Source: Macrostomum lignano (lineage: Eukaryota). From it: DNA of 64,000 bases. Within the stretch, counting starts at the first letter, position 1. The number at the start of each line of letters is the position of its first letter. The translations under genes and the position numbers were made by a program. The stretch is from assembly GCA_002269645.1 (NCBI GenBank), contig NIVC01000656.1, positions 1-64,000 on the forward strand, in the 5' to 3' direction. Shown here piece after piece: positions 1 to 12,134 of the stretch. Under the pieces are notes generated by a model that was not told the origin of the DNA, ran no database searches, and was given only the letters and a program-made list of their open reading frames with translations.

Positions 1-215
1 ACATTGGGTGTCCGAGGGGGCGCCACATTGGGTGTCCGAGGGCGCCACATTGGTGTTCGAGGGGCGCCACATTGGGTGTCGAGGAGCGCCACATTGGGTG
101 TCCCAAGGGGCGCAGCATTTGGGTGTCCGAGGGGCGCAGCATTGGGTGTCCGAGTGGCACAGCATTGGGTGTCTGAAGGAGCGCTACATTGGGTGTCCGA
201 GGGGCGCACATTGGT
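1..215. repeat. ~23-bp minisatellite (ACATTGGGTGTCCGAGGGGCGCC), truncated by window start
   Basis: About 9 degenerate tandem copies read directly. Confidence 0.9.
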
Positions 216-288
216 AGAACCCACACTCTACTTCTCATTCGGGGTGCCGAATTGGGTGTTTGGGTGCAATTCCTTTTTTCTGCCCTAG

Positions 289-369
289 CAAGCGGCGGCG
301 CAGTCTATCGATTGTAAGCTCCGCGGGAACCATGAAAGGTATGCAAGTTTGACACCTGCCCGTGTCCGC

Positions 370-436
<67 letters not shown>

Positions 437-3400
437 ACGTTCGATTCTGGGTCTCAGCAAGTTTCTCTACCTCAGCTCCCAAAACCCCACCCAATATAAA
501 GTCCCGTTCGCAATCAATAGCTTTTTTGTCTGGAATTCTTCCTTCAATGAATTTTCTGCATAGTTTTTAAAGCTCTGCTGTCTAGCGACTCTAACATGTA
601 GCAGCTTTCAGCACTCTTGTCTACCAGCTCTCCATCTCCCTCCCCTCTCATTCCCTCTCCCCCTCTCATCCCCTCTCCCTTCTCATTCCCTCTCCCCTCT
701 CTCATTCTCTCCCCTCTCTCATTCTCTTCCCTCTCTCATTCTCTCCCCTCTCTCATTCTCTCCCCTCTCTCATTCTCTCCCCTCTCTCATTCCCTCTCCC
801 CTCTCTCATTCCCCCTCCCCCTCTCATCCCCTCTCCCTTCTCATCCCCTCTCCCTTCTCATTCCCTCTCCTCTTTCTCATTCCCTCTCCCCTCTCTCATT
901 CTCTCCCCTCTCTCATTCCCTCTCCCCTCTCTCATTCTCTCCCCTCTCTCATTCCCTCTCCCCTCTCTCATTCTCTCCTCTCTCTCATCCCCTCTCCCTT
1001 CTCATTCCCTCTCCCCTTTCTCATTTCCTCTCCCCTCTCTCATTCTCTCCCCTCTCTCATTCCCTCTCCCCTCTCTCATTCTCTCCTCTCTCTCATCCCT
1101 CTCCCTTCTCATTCCCTCTCCCCTTTCTCATTTCCTCTCCCCTCTCTCATTCTCTCCCTCTCTCATTCCCTCTCCCCTCTCTCATTCTCTCCCCTCTCTC
1201 ATTCTCTCTCCCCTCTCATTCCCTCTCTCCCCACTCTACCTCTCATTCTCTCATAGGTGTATATTCGCAGGAGTTAAAAAGCTTGGTTACTTTGTAATTA
1301 AGGCCTATGTTGTATCTCAACTTCCAAGTCTACGTAAGAGCCGCCTTGCCTGTCTATACGCAGTGTTTGCCACAAAGCGATTGCAAAATTATATATTGCC
1401 TGCATTAGTGCATCACGTGAGGCTCAATGAAACTGCTAATTATTATATACCTTCTATAGTTATCGATTATACCCCCTTGCTTGTCAGAAACCTGCGCCAT
1501 GCACCTCTGCCATAGCGTGTTGCTCAAAGTTAAGCTGAGCTAAATTAGTCAGTTAATTGCTTGCCCCTTTTGGGTGAAGTATTGCTTCTGCCGCCTCATG
1601 TGCGCCCCAGCTATTCGGAAGCAAAATTAAAGACTGAGGGGACTGATTGAAGGCCGGTCGCAACGGGAGAGCAGAGTTTTCAAAACAGTTTTTTCTACAT
1701 TCAAGGAATGAAGGGAGCTCCGATACTGGAGATAAAGGGAGCTCAGATACTGGAGATGAAGGGAGCTTAGATACAGGAGATAAAGGGAGCTCAGATACTG
1801 GAGATAAAGGGAGCTCAGATACAGGAGATAAAGGGAGCTCAGATACTGGAGATGAAGGGAGCTCAGATACAGGAGATAAAGGGAGCTCAGATACTGGAGA
1901 TGAAGGGAGCTCAGATACTGGAGATGAAGGGAGCTCAGATACTGGAGATAAAGGGAGCTCAGATACTGGAGATAAAGGGAGCTCAGATACTGGAGATAAA
2001 GGGAGCTCAGATACAGGAGATAAAGGGAGCTCAGATACTGGAGATGAAGGGAGCTCAGATACAGGAGATAAAGGGAGCTCAGATACTGGAGATTAAGGGA
2101 GCTCAGATACTGGAGATGAAGGGAGCTCAGATACAGGAGATAAAAGTGAGCTCAGATACTGGAGATGAAGGGAGCTCAGATACTGGAGATAAAGGGAGCT
2201 CAGATACTGGAGATGAAGGGAGCTCAGATACTGGAGATAAAAGTGAGCTCAGATACTGGAGATAAAAGTGAGCTCAGATACTGGAGATAAAGGGAGCTCA
2301 GATACTGGAGATAAAGGGAGCTCAGATACTGGAGATAAAGGGAGCTCAGATACTGGAGATAAAGGGAGCTCAGATACTGGAGATGAAGGGAATTCAGATA
2401 CTGGAGATGAAGGGAATTCAGATACTGGAGATGAAGGGAATTCAGATACTGGAGATAAAGGGAGCTTAGATACTAAAGATGTAGGGAGCTCCGATACTGG
2501 AGAAGGGAACTCAGATACTGGAGATGAAGGGAGCTCAGATACTGGAGATAAAGGGAGCTTAGATACTAAAGATGTAGGGAGCTCCGATACTGGAGATGAA
2601 GGGAACTCAGATACTGGAGATAAAAGGAAGTCAGATAGTGGAGATAATAGGAGCTCAAATACTGGAGATGAAGGGAGCTTAGATACTGGAGATGAAGGAA
2701 GCTCAGATACTGGAGATGAAGGGAGTTCAGATGCTGAAGATGAAGCTTATTTTATCAAAAGTATATCAAAAGAACCCTATTTAGTGGGCCTATTCATCGT
2801 GTACTTTTATTTAGCAACGTCCAAGCCATCAATCTTTCAACCCCGGTGCATTACCAGTGTATACAATTTTTAAACGCAGAAATTTGCTGCAGGAAAAAAG
2901 CTAATCTTCCTTTTCGAGCCTTGTAGACAAAAATCAGGCATGAAAAATGGAGCCAAGCAAACTGACGTTGCTTCTGCGGAAAAGGGGATTTTTCTTCTTC
3001 CCATCCTAATTTTTCCCAGGGTCGGTCCAACGACACCAATGTTTTTCCCTTCGGTTTTCGCGCTTACCTCTTGAATGCACAAGAGGTTGACAGGCCTGGG
3101 AGCGACAAGGGCGCGGGCGCGGGCGTCGAGTCTTTTCTTGCGCAAGGGAAAGGAATCCTCTCCCTTCATCTCCATCTTGCACTGATGGGATGTTACCAGG
3201 CAATATCGAGATTTTTCGACGGGATTTTTTAAAAAGCAGTCAAAGATAACCGTTATCTCCGCCGCCTCCACTTAGCCTGGCCGAGTGACCAGTTGGACTT
3301 TTCCAAGCCGATGAGGGCGCGCCGTGACTGGCAGATTCTTGGGGGCTTGCTTAAAGTTCGCCCCACCCACCCCCCGCGTGCCGAGCCTCGCTGACTGCTT

Positions 3401-3446
3401 AATGAGCTTGAGGCCTCAGCAGCCTCTGCAGCCTCTGCAGACAGAC

Positions 3447-3543
<97 letters not shown>

Positions 3544-3568
3544 CTAAGACAGAAACTGACAGAAAGGC

Positions 3569-3635
<67 letters not shown>

Positions 3636-6600
3636 GCGGTGAGTTGTGTAAAACTTGGTTCACCTTCTCTTGAACAATACTGTGCATAAGATTCTATTTT
3701 TATCCATCAGCTGCCATTTGCCTTTTTAAACTGCAGAGGTTGGTACGAGATTGGACAGGAAATGAGGGCTGGATAAGCGTTGCCTTTGCAGTCGCGCCTT
3801 TTCAGAACTTTTGCCTGCCGCTGAATTCTGATTGACAGTAAATGCCAGAGTGACAGGCGCTTTTGGGACTCATAGGCAGGCTTGAATTAAACTGATATTA
3901 AACTGATTGGTAAGAAGAGAGCGAAATAAAAGCAGGGTGAGAGAGAGGAGGAGGAGGGAGAGGAGGGTGAGGGAGAGGAGGTGAAGGAGAGGAGGGTGAG
4001 GGAGAGGAGGGTGAGGGAGAGGAGGGTGAGGGAGAGGAGGGTGAGGGAGAGGAGGGTGAGGGAGAGGGAGAGAAGAGTGAGGGAGAGGGAGAGGAGGGTG
4101 AGGGAGAGTAGGTGAAGGAGAGGAGGGTGAGGGAGAGGAGGGTGAGAGACAGCAGGGTGATGGAGTGCAGTATAATATAAAGGGTTCGCATTTCACAGAA
4201 TGCAATGCAATGAAAGACAGCACGTCCTGAACTGAGAAATGGCATCCTGAATCGGGTCCTTGGATGAGATTTAATTACATCCTGCTTCTGGGGAATTAAG
4301 AGTTAGCCCATGTAGAGACTGCAAAGACAAAGATTTGTGTCAGATGCATATTAGGTTTAGCCGCTTTCGCTAGCTAATTCCGCATAAATCTGTGTGCTTG
4401 TTGAAAGCTAACCGTTTGTTCACTTTTAGCTAGTGAACCCGCTTTGCTACCTGCACAGTACTGTTTCTAAGATACCTGTAATCCTAAAGCTTCATAATTG
4501 TTAAGCATTTCTGCTTTGTAGACGAGGTGCTGCTTGAGAGGATCAGCGGCTCAGGCCTCAGCGCCTCCGGCCTGGGCAGAGGTAATTGCTTTGCGATTCT
4601 TGTTGTCTCTGGCTTCACCGTTGTTGTGCGTCTACTTTAATCACTGTGTAACCCAATGCTAATCTCAGATCTTAACAATCGCTTTATTAACCTAATTTGC
4701 ATCGATTTTTTGCTTTTTTAGTTTGAGATAAGACTTAAGATAGAGTGGTAAAGAAGTACAGGGGAGATGAGAGGAAGAGTGACACAGGGGGAGATGAGAG
4801 GTAGATTCGATAGAGGGGGAGACAAGAGGTAGAGTCGATAGAGGGGGGGATGAGAGGTAGAGTCGGTAGAGGGGGAGACAAGAGGTAGAGTCGATAGAGG
4901 GGGAGACAAGAGGTAGAGTCGATAGAGGGGGGATGAGAGGTAGAGTCGATAGAGGGGGAGACAAGAGGTAGAGTCGATAGAGGGGGGATGAGAGGTAGAG
5001 TCGGTAGAGGGGGAGACAAGAGGTAGAGTCGATAGAGGGGGAAACAAGAGGTAGAGTCGATAGAGTTGGAGATGAGAGGTAGAGTTGATAGAGTTGGAGA
5101 TGAGAGGTAGAGTTGATAGAGTTGGAGACAAGAGGTAGAGTCATTAGAGGGGGAGATGAGAGGTAGAGTCGATAGAGGGGGAGATGAGAGGTAGAGTCGA
5201 TAGAGTTGGAGACAAGAGGTAGAGTCGGTAGAGGGGGAGATGAGAAGTAGAGTGGGTAACAGAGGAGAAGATGAGAGGAGGCAGTTAGGGAAGTGAGCAG
5301 ACAGAGGCGCCCACAAAGCTGAGCAGTTTTGGCTGAGCAGTCAAAAGCGGACGCTCGCGTCAAAGTTCTCAACCAAGGGAAAAATCAACAGAGAAGTGCA
5401 GCTTCTCTCTAATCACTGATGGGAAAGGGAGGCATGCGTGCGGCATGAAATCCCGGCGATGTTTTTTTTCATCATGCCCCATCTCAGGCCCGTGCAGCCT
5501 CCCCTGCTGACGCAAGCGCGTGCATCGGACAAAGAGGCGAACCACCGACCGCTGAAATTTTTTTGAGCGTCACGGAGGTGCACAAGAATGAGGGCTGCCC
5601 CTCCCCCGCCGCTTTGTGCTCATAGGGCCGCCTTCTTGGCTCAGCAAAGTACTTTTGTCCCCTTAGCCAGGTATTGAGCTGCGTATCGAGGAAGTAACTA
5701 TGCGGCGATTCACTAAAGATCTGTGCACGAATGCGAACAAAACTAAGCTAATATTTTCCGTTGAAAGGCTTCTTCTAAAAATAGAAATAATTGTTAACTG
5801 GTCCCTGTGAGGCCTGGATATATTTATTATTCACTATTAATATTGCTATTCGTAATATCACTCCATCTAATCTCACCCAATCTAAACTCATTCCATCTAA
5901 TCTCACCCCATCTAAACTCATTCCATCTAATCTCATCCAATCTAAACTCATTCCATCTAATCTCACCCCATCTAAACTCATTCCATCTAATCTCACCCCA
6001 TCTAAACTCATCCCATCTAATCTCATCCAATCTAAACTCGCCCCATCTAAACTCACTCCATTTAGTCTCATTCCATCTAATCTCACTCCATCTAATCTCA
6101 CTCCATCTAATCTTACCCAATATAAACTCCCTACATCTAATCTCATCCCCTTTAATCTCAACCCCATCTTATATCAGACCCAATTCATCTCACAAAATCT
6201 AATCTCATCCAATAAATCTCACTTTATCAAATCTCACCTCATCTAGTCTCAGAACGTCTTATCTCAGAGCTATCTAACCACATCCCATCTAATCTCATCC
6301 TCAAATCTCACACCATAACTATCTCACACCAATATAATCTTGCCCATAGCTTATCTCAATCCCACGTCTTACCTCTAATCTCACCCCAAACGCAGGCTCG
6401 GGCCACCACACGGCCATCTCCCGCTCCCTGACCATGGACAGCTTCCTTCAGGACATCAAGGCCTCCGAAAGATTTCGCCGCCGACGAAACGCGATGCACG
6501 ATCTCGACGTTGCCGAGCTTGGCGCCGACGTTGGCGCTTCTATCCGGCGCCGCGGTGGCGCCGGCGGCGGAGCGTCCTTCGATTCCGTCGGCGACGACGC

Positions 6601-6766
6601 AAAGCCAGTCGGCGGCGGCGGCGGCGGCGGCGGCGCTGGCAGCGGCGAATCGGCGGAGTCGGCGAGAAGCCGACGAAAATCGGCGCACGAGCATCGACAC
6701 GTCGGCAGGGATCTTTATCCCCTGGCAGATGAGGAGGCCGGGGAGGGCTGCTCGACTGGCACTTAG
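289..6766 (+). CDS. Spliced gene (possibly 5'-partial) ending in an exon with a PKA pseudosubstrate/PKI-like motif; putative exons 289-338, 4522-4581, 6396-6766
   Basis: Each exon has AG/GT boundaries (ttctgccctag|...AAAG|gtatgc; tttgtag|...GCAGAG|gtaatt; aaacgcag|) and the phases join into one frame: KRRRSLSIVSSAGTMKDEVLLERISGSGLSASGLGRGSGHHTAISRSLTMDSFLQDIKASERFRRRRNAMHDL...GT*. The last exon is GC-rich and matches ORF 6434-6766. RRNAMHD resembles the PKI inhibitory core RRNAIHD (recalled). The upstream exon joins are inferred. Confidence 0.5.
372..432. repeat. (CT)n microsatellite
   Basis: Pure dinucleotide run. Confidence 0.95.
630..1250. repeat. Pyrimidine-rich minisatellite (CCCCTCTCTCATT(C/T)(C/T)CT-type units)
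   Basis: Tandem CT-rich units; explains ORF 617-1297. Confidence 0.9.
1715..2745. repeat. 24-bp minisatellite (GAGCTCAGATACTGGAGATAAAGG)
   Basis: About 40 copies, more diverged at the 3' end; produces the 8-aa-periodic ORFs. Confidence 0.95.
3440..3635. repeat. (GACA)n microsatellite
   Basis: Direct reading. Confidence 0.95.
3940..4160. repeat. 15-bp purine-rich minisatellite (GAGGAGGGTGAGGGA)
   Basis: Direct reading. Confidence 0.9.
4770..5245. repeat. ~27-bp minisatellite (GAGAGGTAGAGTCGATAGAGGGGG...)
   Basis: Direct reading. Confidence 0.9.
5855..6360. repeat. 15-bp minisatellite (CATCTAATCTCACCC)
   Basis: Direct reading; it runs up to the acceptor at 6395. Confidence 0.9.
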
Positions 6767-6814
6767 CGACTGGCGATCGAGTATCCGGTGGCCTCATCAC
6801 CCTGCGTGTGCTTT

Positions 6815-7313
6815 CAAGGACAACTTAAGTAGAAGGACGCTACACTCGAAATCTATTGTAAATGTTTTGAAGGCAACTTTTCGCCGAAAAATACACTACA
6901 GAGATAGGAAATTTCACGATTTTCAACACTAAAACAGTGATAGGGTCTCTTAACAGTGTCAGAGAAAGCTCTAATCGCACTATTTTGTGCCTCACATGCT
7001 GCTCTAACGACGCATTAATCGATTTTTCATGTTAAATTGGTCTTGTCATTATTGTAAACGTTCTTTCAAGTGACAGACCGATTTACCATGAAAAATCGAT
7101 TAATGTGTCGTTAGAGCAGCATGTGAGGCACAAAATAGTGTGATCAGAACTTTCTCTGACACTGTTAAGAGACCCAATCACTGTTTTAGTGTTGAAAATC
7201 GTGAAATTTCCTATCTCTGTAGTGTATTTTTCGGCGAAAAGTTGCCTTCAAAGCATTTGCCATGGATTTCGAGTGTATAGCGTCCTATATATATGTTACT
7301 TGAGTAGTCCTTG
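6815..7313. mobile_element. Foldback/MITE with ~235-bp inverted arms, P-superfamily-like termini
   Basis: 6815-7048 is the reverse complement of 7071-7313 (differences mostly transitions), with a 22-nt loop. Termini are CAAGG...CCTTG. Flanks are TGTGCTTT and TGTACTTT (8-bp TSD, 1 mismatch). CANRG ends with an 8-bp TSD fit P elements (established knowledge). Confidence 0.8.
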
Positions 7314-7599
7314 TGTACTTTTAAACTGGCTCGATTCTCCCATAGCTTAATGTCGCATATATGTCTATAATTTTGTTGTAATTGAAAGTTTTGTTTGTTT
7401 TTGTTTTAATCGAACACATTTATTTGTTTGGATTACCTACTTTCTAAGAAAGCCCTGTTACGCAATATTCGATGCAATAATTTTTGAAGTTTCGCTCTTT
7501 CCAATGCAGTAAATCTCATGGAAATTTTTGTGGCGATGTTTAATTTTTGAAGCTCAATCTCATGTTTCCCAGCTTCCTGTCGCGCCATATTGTATCGGA

Positions 7600-8060
7600 A
7601 ATCTCAACTTCCACACCGGAAGTCTCACACCTTCCACACCGGAAGTCTCACCTTCCACACCGGAAGTCTCACACCTTCTACACAGGAAATCTCACACCTT
7701 CCAAATAGGAAGTCTCACACCTTCCACATTGGAAATCTCACACCTTCCAAATAGGAAGTCTCACACCTTCCAAATAGGAAGTCTCACACCTTCCACATTG
7801 GAAATCTCACACCTTCCAAATAGGAAGTCTCACACCTTCCACACTGGAAATCTCACACCTTCCAAATAGGAAGTCTCACACCTTCCAAATAGGAAGTCTC
7901 ACACCTTCCACACTGGAAATCTCACACCTTCCACACAGGAAATCTCACACCTTCCAAATAGGAAGTCTCATACCTTCCACATTGGAAATCTCACAAATTT
8001 CACAGAGGAAATCTCACACCTTTCACACCGGAATTATTATGACTTCCACATCGGAAATCT
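7600..8060. repeat. 23-bp minisatellite (GGAAGTCTCACACCTTCCAAATA)
   Basis: Direct reading. Confidence 0.9.
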
Positions 8061-8544
8061 CATGCCTAGCAGTCGGAATATCAAATTCCGAAGTAATTTT
8101 TCTGATCCAGCATCCTTCACAACATCACCCATGAATTGTAAAATCATCTGCAAATTGTTTTGTTATATCTGGTAATCTGGATTATGATATTTATTAAAAA
8201 GTAGAAAATACACTAACAATTTGGCAGAGATTTCATCACTATATAATTTTCTCAAACAAACTTGTGATTCTCGAATGTAATATTTTTTATTACTTTAATA
8301 GATTAAAATTATTTTGAATTTGCACTTTTCTATTGCTTTCAGTGTCTGTGTCTGGCAATATTGATTTTGTGTCCTGCGGCAGATCCCATTTTGTCAATTG
8401 AACTTCAGAAACTAAATATAACTCTGTTCTCTGCAATTCAGCAATCTTGCATGCCCGTGACTTCAGTTAATTATTTATTGACTGTCGGAGCGGAATTTAA
8501 TCGCCTCTGTTCGCTTTCGAACCCTCACAGTTATTAAATAAGCA

Positions 8545-9400
8545 GTAACTCTCCCTCTCTATCCCCTTCTCACTCTCCCACTCCACTCCCGCTCTCCCAT
8601 TCTACTTCTCCCACTCTACCTCTCCCCCTCTCCTACTCTCCCTCTCCATCCCCTTCTCACTCTCCCACTCCACTCCCGCTCTCCCACTCTACTTCTCCCA
8701 CTCTACCTCTCCCCCTCTCCTACTCTCCCTCTCCATCCCCTTCTCACTCTCCCACTCCACTCCCGCTCTCCCACTCTACTTCTCCCACTCTACCTCTCCC
8801 CCTCTCCTACTCTCCCTCTCCATCCCCTTCTCACTCTCCCACTCCACTCCCGCTCTCCCACTCTACCTCTCCCCCTCTCCCACTCTCCCTCTCCATCCCC
8901 TTCTCACTCTCCCACTCCACTCCCGCTCTCCCACTCTACTTCTCCCACTCTACCTCTCCCCCTCTCCCACTCTCCCTCTCCATCCCCTTCTCCCTCTCCC
9001 ACTCTACCTCTCCCCCTCTCCCACTCTCCCTCTCCATCCCCTTCTCACTCTCCCACTCCACTCTCCCTCTCCCACTCTACTTCTCCCACTCTACCTCTCC
9101 CCTCTCCCACTCTCCCTCTCTCACTTTCCCAATCCACTCTCCCTCTCCAACTCCACTCTCCTACCCTGCTCCCTCCCCACTCTACCTCTCCATCCCCTTC
9201 TCAATCTCCCACTCCACTCTCCCACCCCACTCTCCCTCCCCACTCTACCTCTCCATCCCCTTCTCACTCTCCCACTCTACCTCCCCCCTCTCCCACCCTC
9301 CCTCTCTCACTCTCCCTCTCCTACTCTTCCTCTCCTTCTACCCCACTCTCCACCCCACTCTTCTTCTCTACATCTCTCACCCTCTCTCCCACTCTCCCCT
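8545..9400. repeat. CT-rich ~90-bp satellite
   Basis: Recurring CATCCCCTTCTCACTCTCCCACTCCACTCCCGCTCTCCCACTCTAC units. Confidence 0.85.
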
Positions 9401-9786
9401 TGACCCAGTACATGTCTCAGCTTTCCCCATCTACATGTACAGCTTCATCCTCAGTCCCCTGCTTCACTAACCGGCACTTCAGTCTTCTCGAAGAGTCTAA
9501 GAAGCACACTTATTGTGCTTTAAGTGGCCAGCTCTGGTCTTAAGCACTACTCTCTTTTTGAGCAGCTTTTCCGCTAGAAACTTTACTGGTAATATCATAA
9601 TATTATATAGCTTACTGCTGAAAAATAATCGCCAATCGGTATAATGAATTAAACATGGGCTGCTCTTTTTAAGAACCATTTCTTTAGAAGCGTCGTGAAA
9701 ACGAGAATCAAACAAGAAAACTGGCGGATCTTCTTATACTACTGAGTCGGGCAAATCAATAGTAAGGTTAGAATATTGAATAGACG

Positions 9787-10094
9787 CAGGGGGCGTCGCC
9801 ATGGATTTACAGTGGTGGGGAAGAAGCCAAGAATTCTACATGTACATTATTTTGGGAATCGTTGTGGTTAGCACTCATTTTGGCGCCACAGGCACTCATC
9901 TTGGCGCCACAGACACTCATTTTGGCGCTTCAGGCACTCATCTTGGCGCCACAGACACTCATTTTGGCGCCAAATGCGCTACATCTTGGCGCTCTGAAGC
10001 AAAATTATTGATTTCCATCACGGGTCACAGTCACAATTTGAGGTGGGGGACAAAGCATTGGCATGCCCCCCCCCCCCCGGTGGCGACGCTCCTG
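9787..10094. mobile_element. hAT-like MITE with an internal GGCGCC-containing tandem repeat
   Basis: TIRs are CAGGGGGCGTCGCCA and TGGCGACGCTCCTG. Flanks are AATAGACG and AATAGACC (8-bp TSD, 1 mismatch). Internal ~21-bp CACTCATTTTGGCGCCACAG repeats at ~9870-9980. Confidence 0.75.
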
Positions 10095-10659
10095 AATAGA
10101 CCAACTGAAACATTAAATTAATTCGCAAGACGAAAAGTTTTTAGAAATATACTATTTATACGATTTACACTACTCACTAAAAGCTTCAGTAGTGCATTTT
10201 GCTTGCGATAAAATTAATTTAAGAATGAGCTAAATTTATTTCGCCAACATTACGCTCGTATTCGTATTGCTCAGCTTAGAAAGCAATTCTTTACTTTTTA
10301 TTGCGCGCGAGTTTCGTAATGCCAAAACTTTTCGAGTCTGTTCCAGCTTAGCACTCGATTTACTGTCTAGATATGCGCAGATTTTTATTTTTGTTGTCCA
10401 TCTCCATGTTGTTGGCCAGGCATATTTGGAATTTCACCTGGCTTGGCATTGGCTGTTAACCATATATAGTCAGAAGAATTCTTGACGAAATGGTGCCAGA
10501 ATGACCAAATATGGACTTGCTGAGATTTTGGCTGGAGCAGTTTCAGAAACAAAAAATACATTTAGATCCATTAAAAATATTAGTCATGCTGCCTTAGTTT
10601 CTAAGCAGACAATATTACCTTCCATACTTAAATATTAACCGCATAACGACAAGATCTTG

Positions 10660-10960
10660 ACTGTCACATGACCCCACTGACCCTCCTTATGATCCCACTG
10701 AGTCTCTCATGACCCCGGACTCTCCCATGACCCCGACTGAGTCTCCCATGTCCCCACTGACTTATTGAATGAATTACCCCACCGACTCTCGAACATCACT
10801 GACTCTCCCATGACCCACTGACTCTCCCATGACCCCAAGGACTCTCCTTTATGACCCCTTTGAGTCTCCCATGACTCCATTGAGTCTTCCATGACCCCAC
10901 TGACTCTCCCATGACCCCACTGACTCTCCCATGACCCGACTGACCCAACTAGATTCTCTA
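10660..10960. repeat. 20-bp minisatellite (ATGACCCCACTGACTCTCCC)
   Basis: Direct reading. Confidence 0.9.
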
Positions 10961-12134
10961 TGACCTCAGCAATCCCCCTTTTACCTTACTGACTGATCAA
11001 ATGTAAAAGGTCCCAATAACTCCATTAACTGACTCCGTCACACAACTCCCGCACTAAACTGCATGTTTTTCTGACTACTCAATTTACTATCTCCACTCCC
11101 CAACTATTCACCAACTCTCATGCTCAATCTCAATCTATAGACAACTGAAGTAGCTACTCGATTTTTATTAGAAATCGATCCATACGTTCTTTACCGTGGC
11201 CTCCTTGCTCATTTCCAAGAAACTCGAGTTGTACTTCAGTGTGTTCACGACTTAATCAAGCCCCAGCAACACCTTATTCATGTACATAACTACTGTACCA
11301 ATCCTTGTGACTGCAGACTGCATTCCAATTAACGGCCGCAGATTTTAGCTCTCCGAGTTCTCTTTTTTTAGCAGACACTTGCGCGTACACTAAATTGTTA
11401 TATTCTGCCAGCTGCAAGCAAGGACGGCTGCACTGTGTCTGTAGCCAGGCACTTAAAATTGCTGTACGTGCTGTATGTGCCTGTGTGTACGAGTCAGTAA
11501 CAGAACTTCCCTATGTATGTAGGTACAATTCTGGCGCAGACGTACAATTGTTAACAAGTGTAAGCCCTCCTCCATACCACTAAATCAATGACAGAAGAGG
11601 ATAGCTAGAGGATATGAAAGATGCGAGAAGAAAGATAAGATCAATGCGATGAGAGAGAAGATAATAGCCGACCCCTCCATTTGAACCGAAAGACCAACAA
11701 AACGAAAACGTTTCTTAAGCATTTTTAATAAAACAATTATAAATTGAGGCAGTTTATACGTTTTTGTTATAGTTTTTATTTTCAGCTTGTTTTTTTATTT
11801 TTTTGACTAAGTTTTTTACGACGATTAAACAGAAGTGTTAAAAAAACAATGAATGAGCTTAGTTGATGAATGATTAATGACATGATATAGTTTCGCAAAT
11901 CCATCGAATACATACTGACACTAAACTTCCAATTACAAAGCCCAGTGGCTTGTAGCCTATGGTACAAATTGAATATACAGTTTAACTTCGAATTAAAACA
12001 AATAGTATGGCAAACTTTTTGTTGAAGCAAATATACAAACGAATAAATGAGATCGCGCGGTGAAGTGAAAGTGGATAATAAAAGACAAGACACGCCAGAA
12101 GAATTGTCTTTTAAACTCTCATTTGTGCTTGCTT

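Noticed and set aside
1647-2873. Ser/Asp-rich GSSDTGDK repeat ORFs resembling a biomineralisation protein
   Set aside because: They are a translation of a 24-bp intronic minisatellite that is open in several frames, with no signal peptide or splice support.
2870-3271. Minus-strand ORF with an ATG and a GTAAGC donor, a possible first exon
   Set aside because: No recognisable domain and no convincing downstream exon; it lies in the inferred intron of the plus-strand gene.
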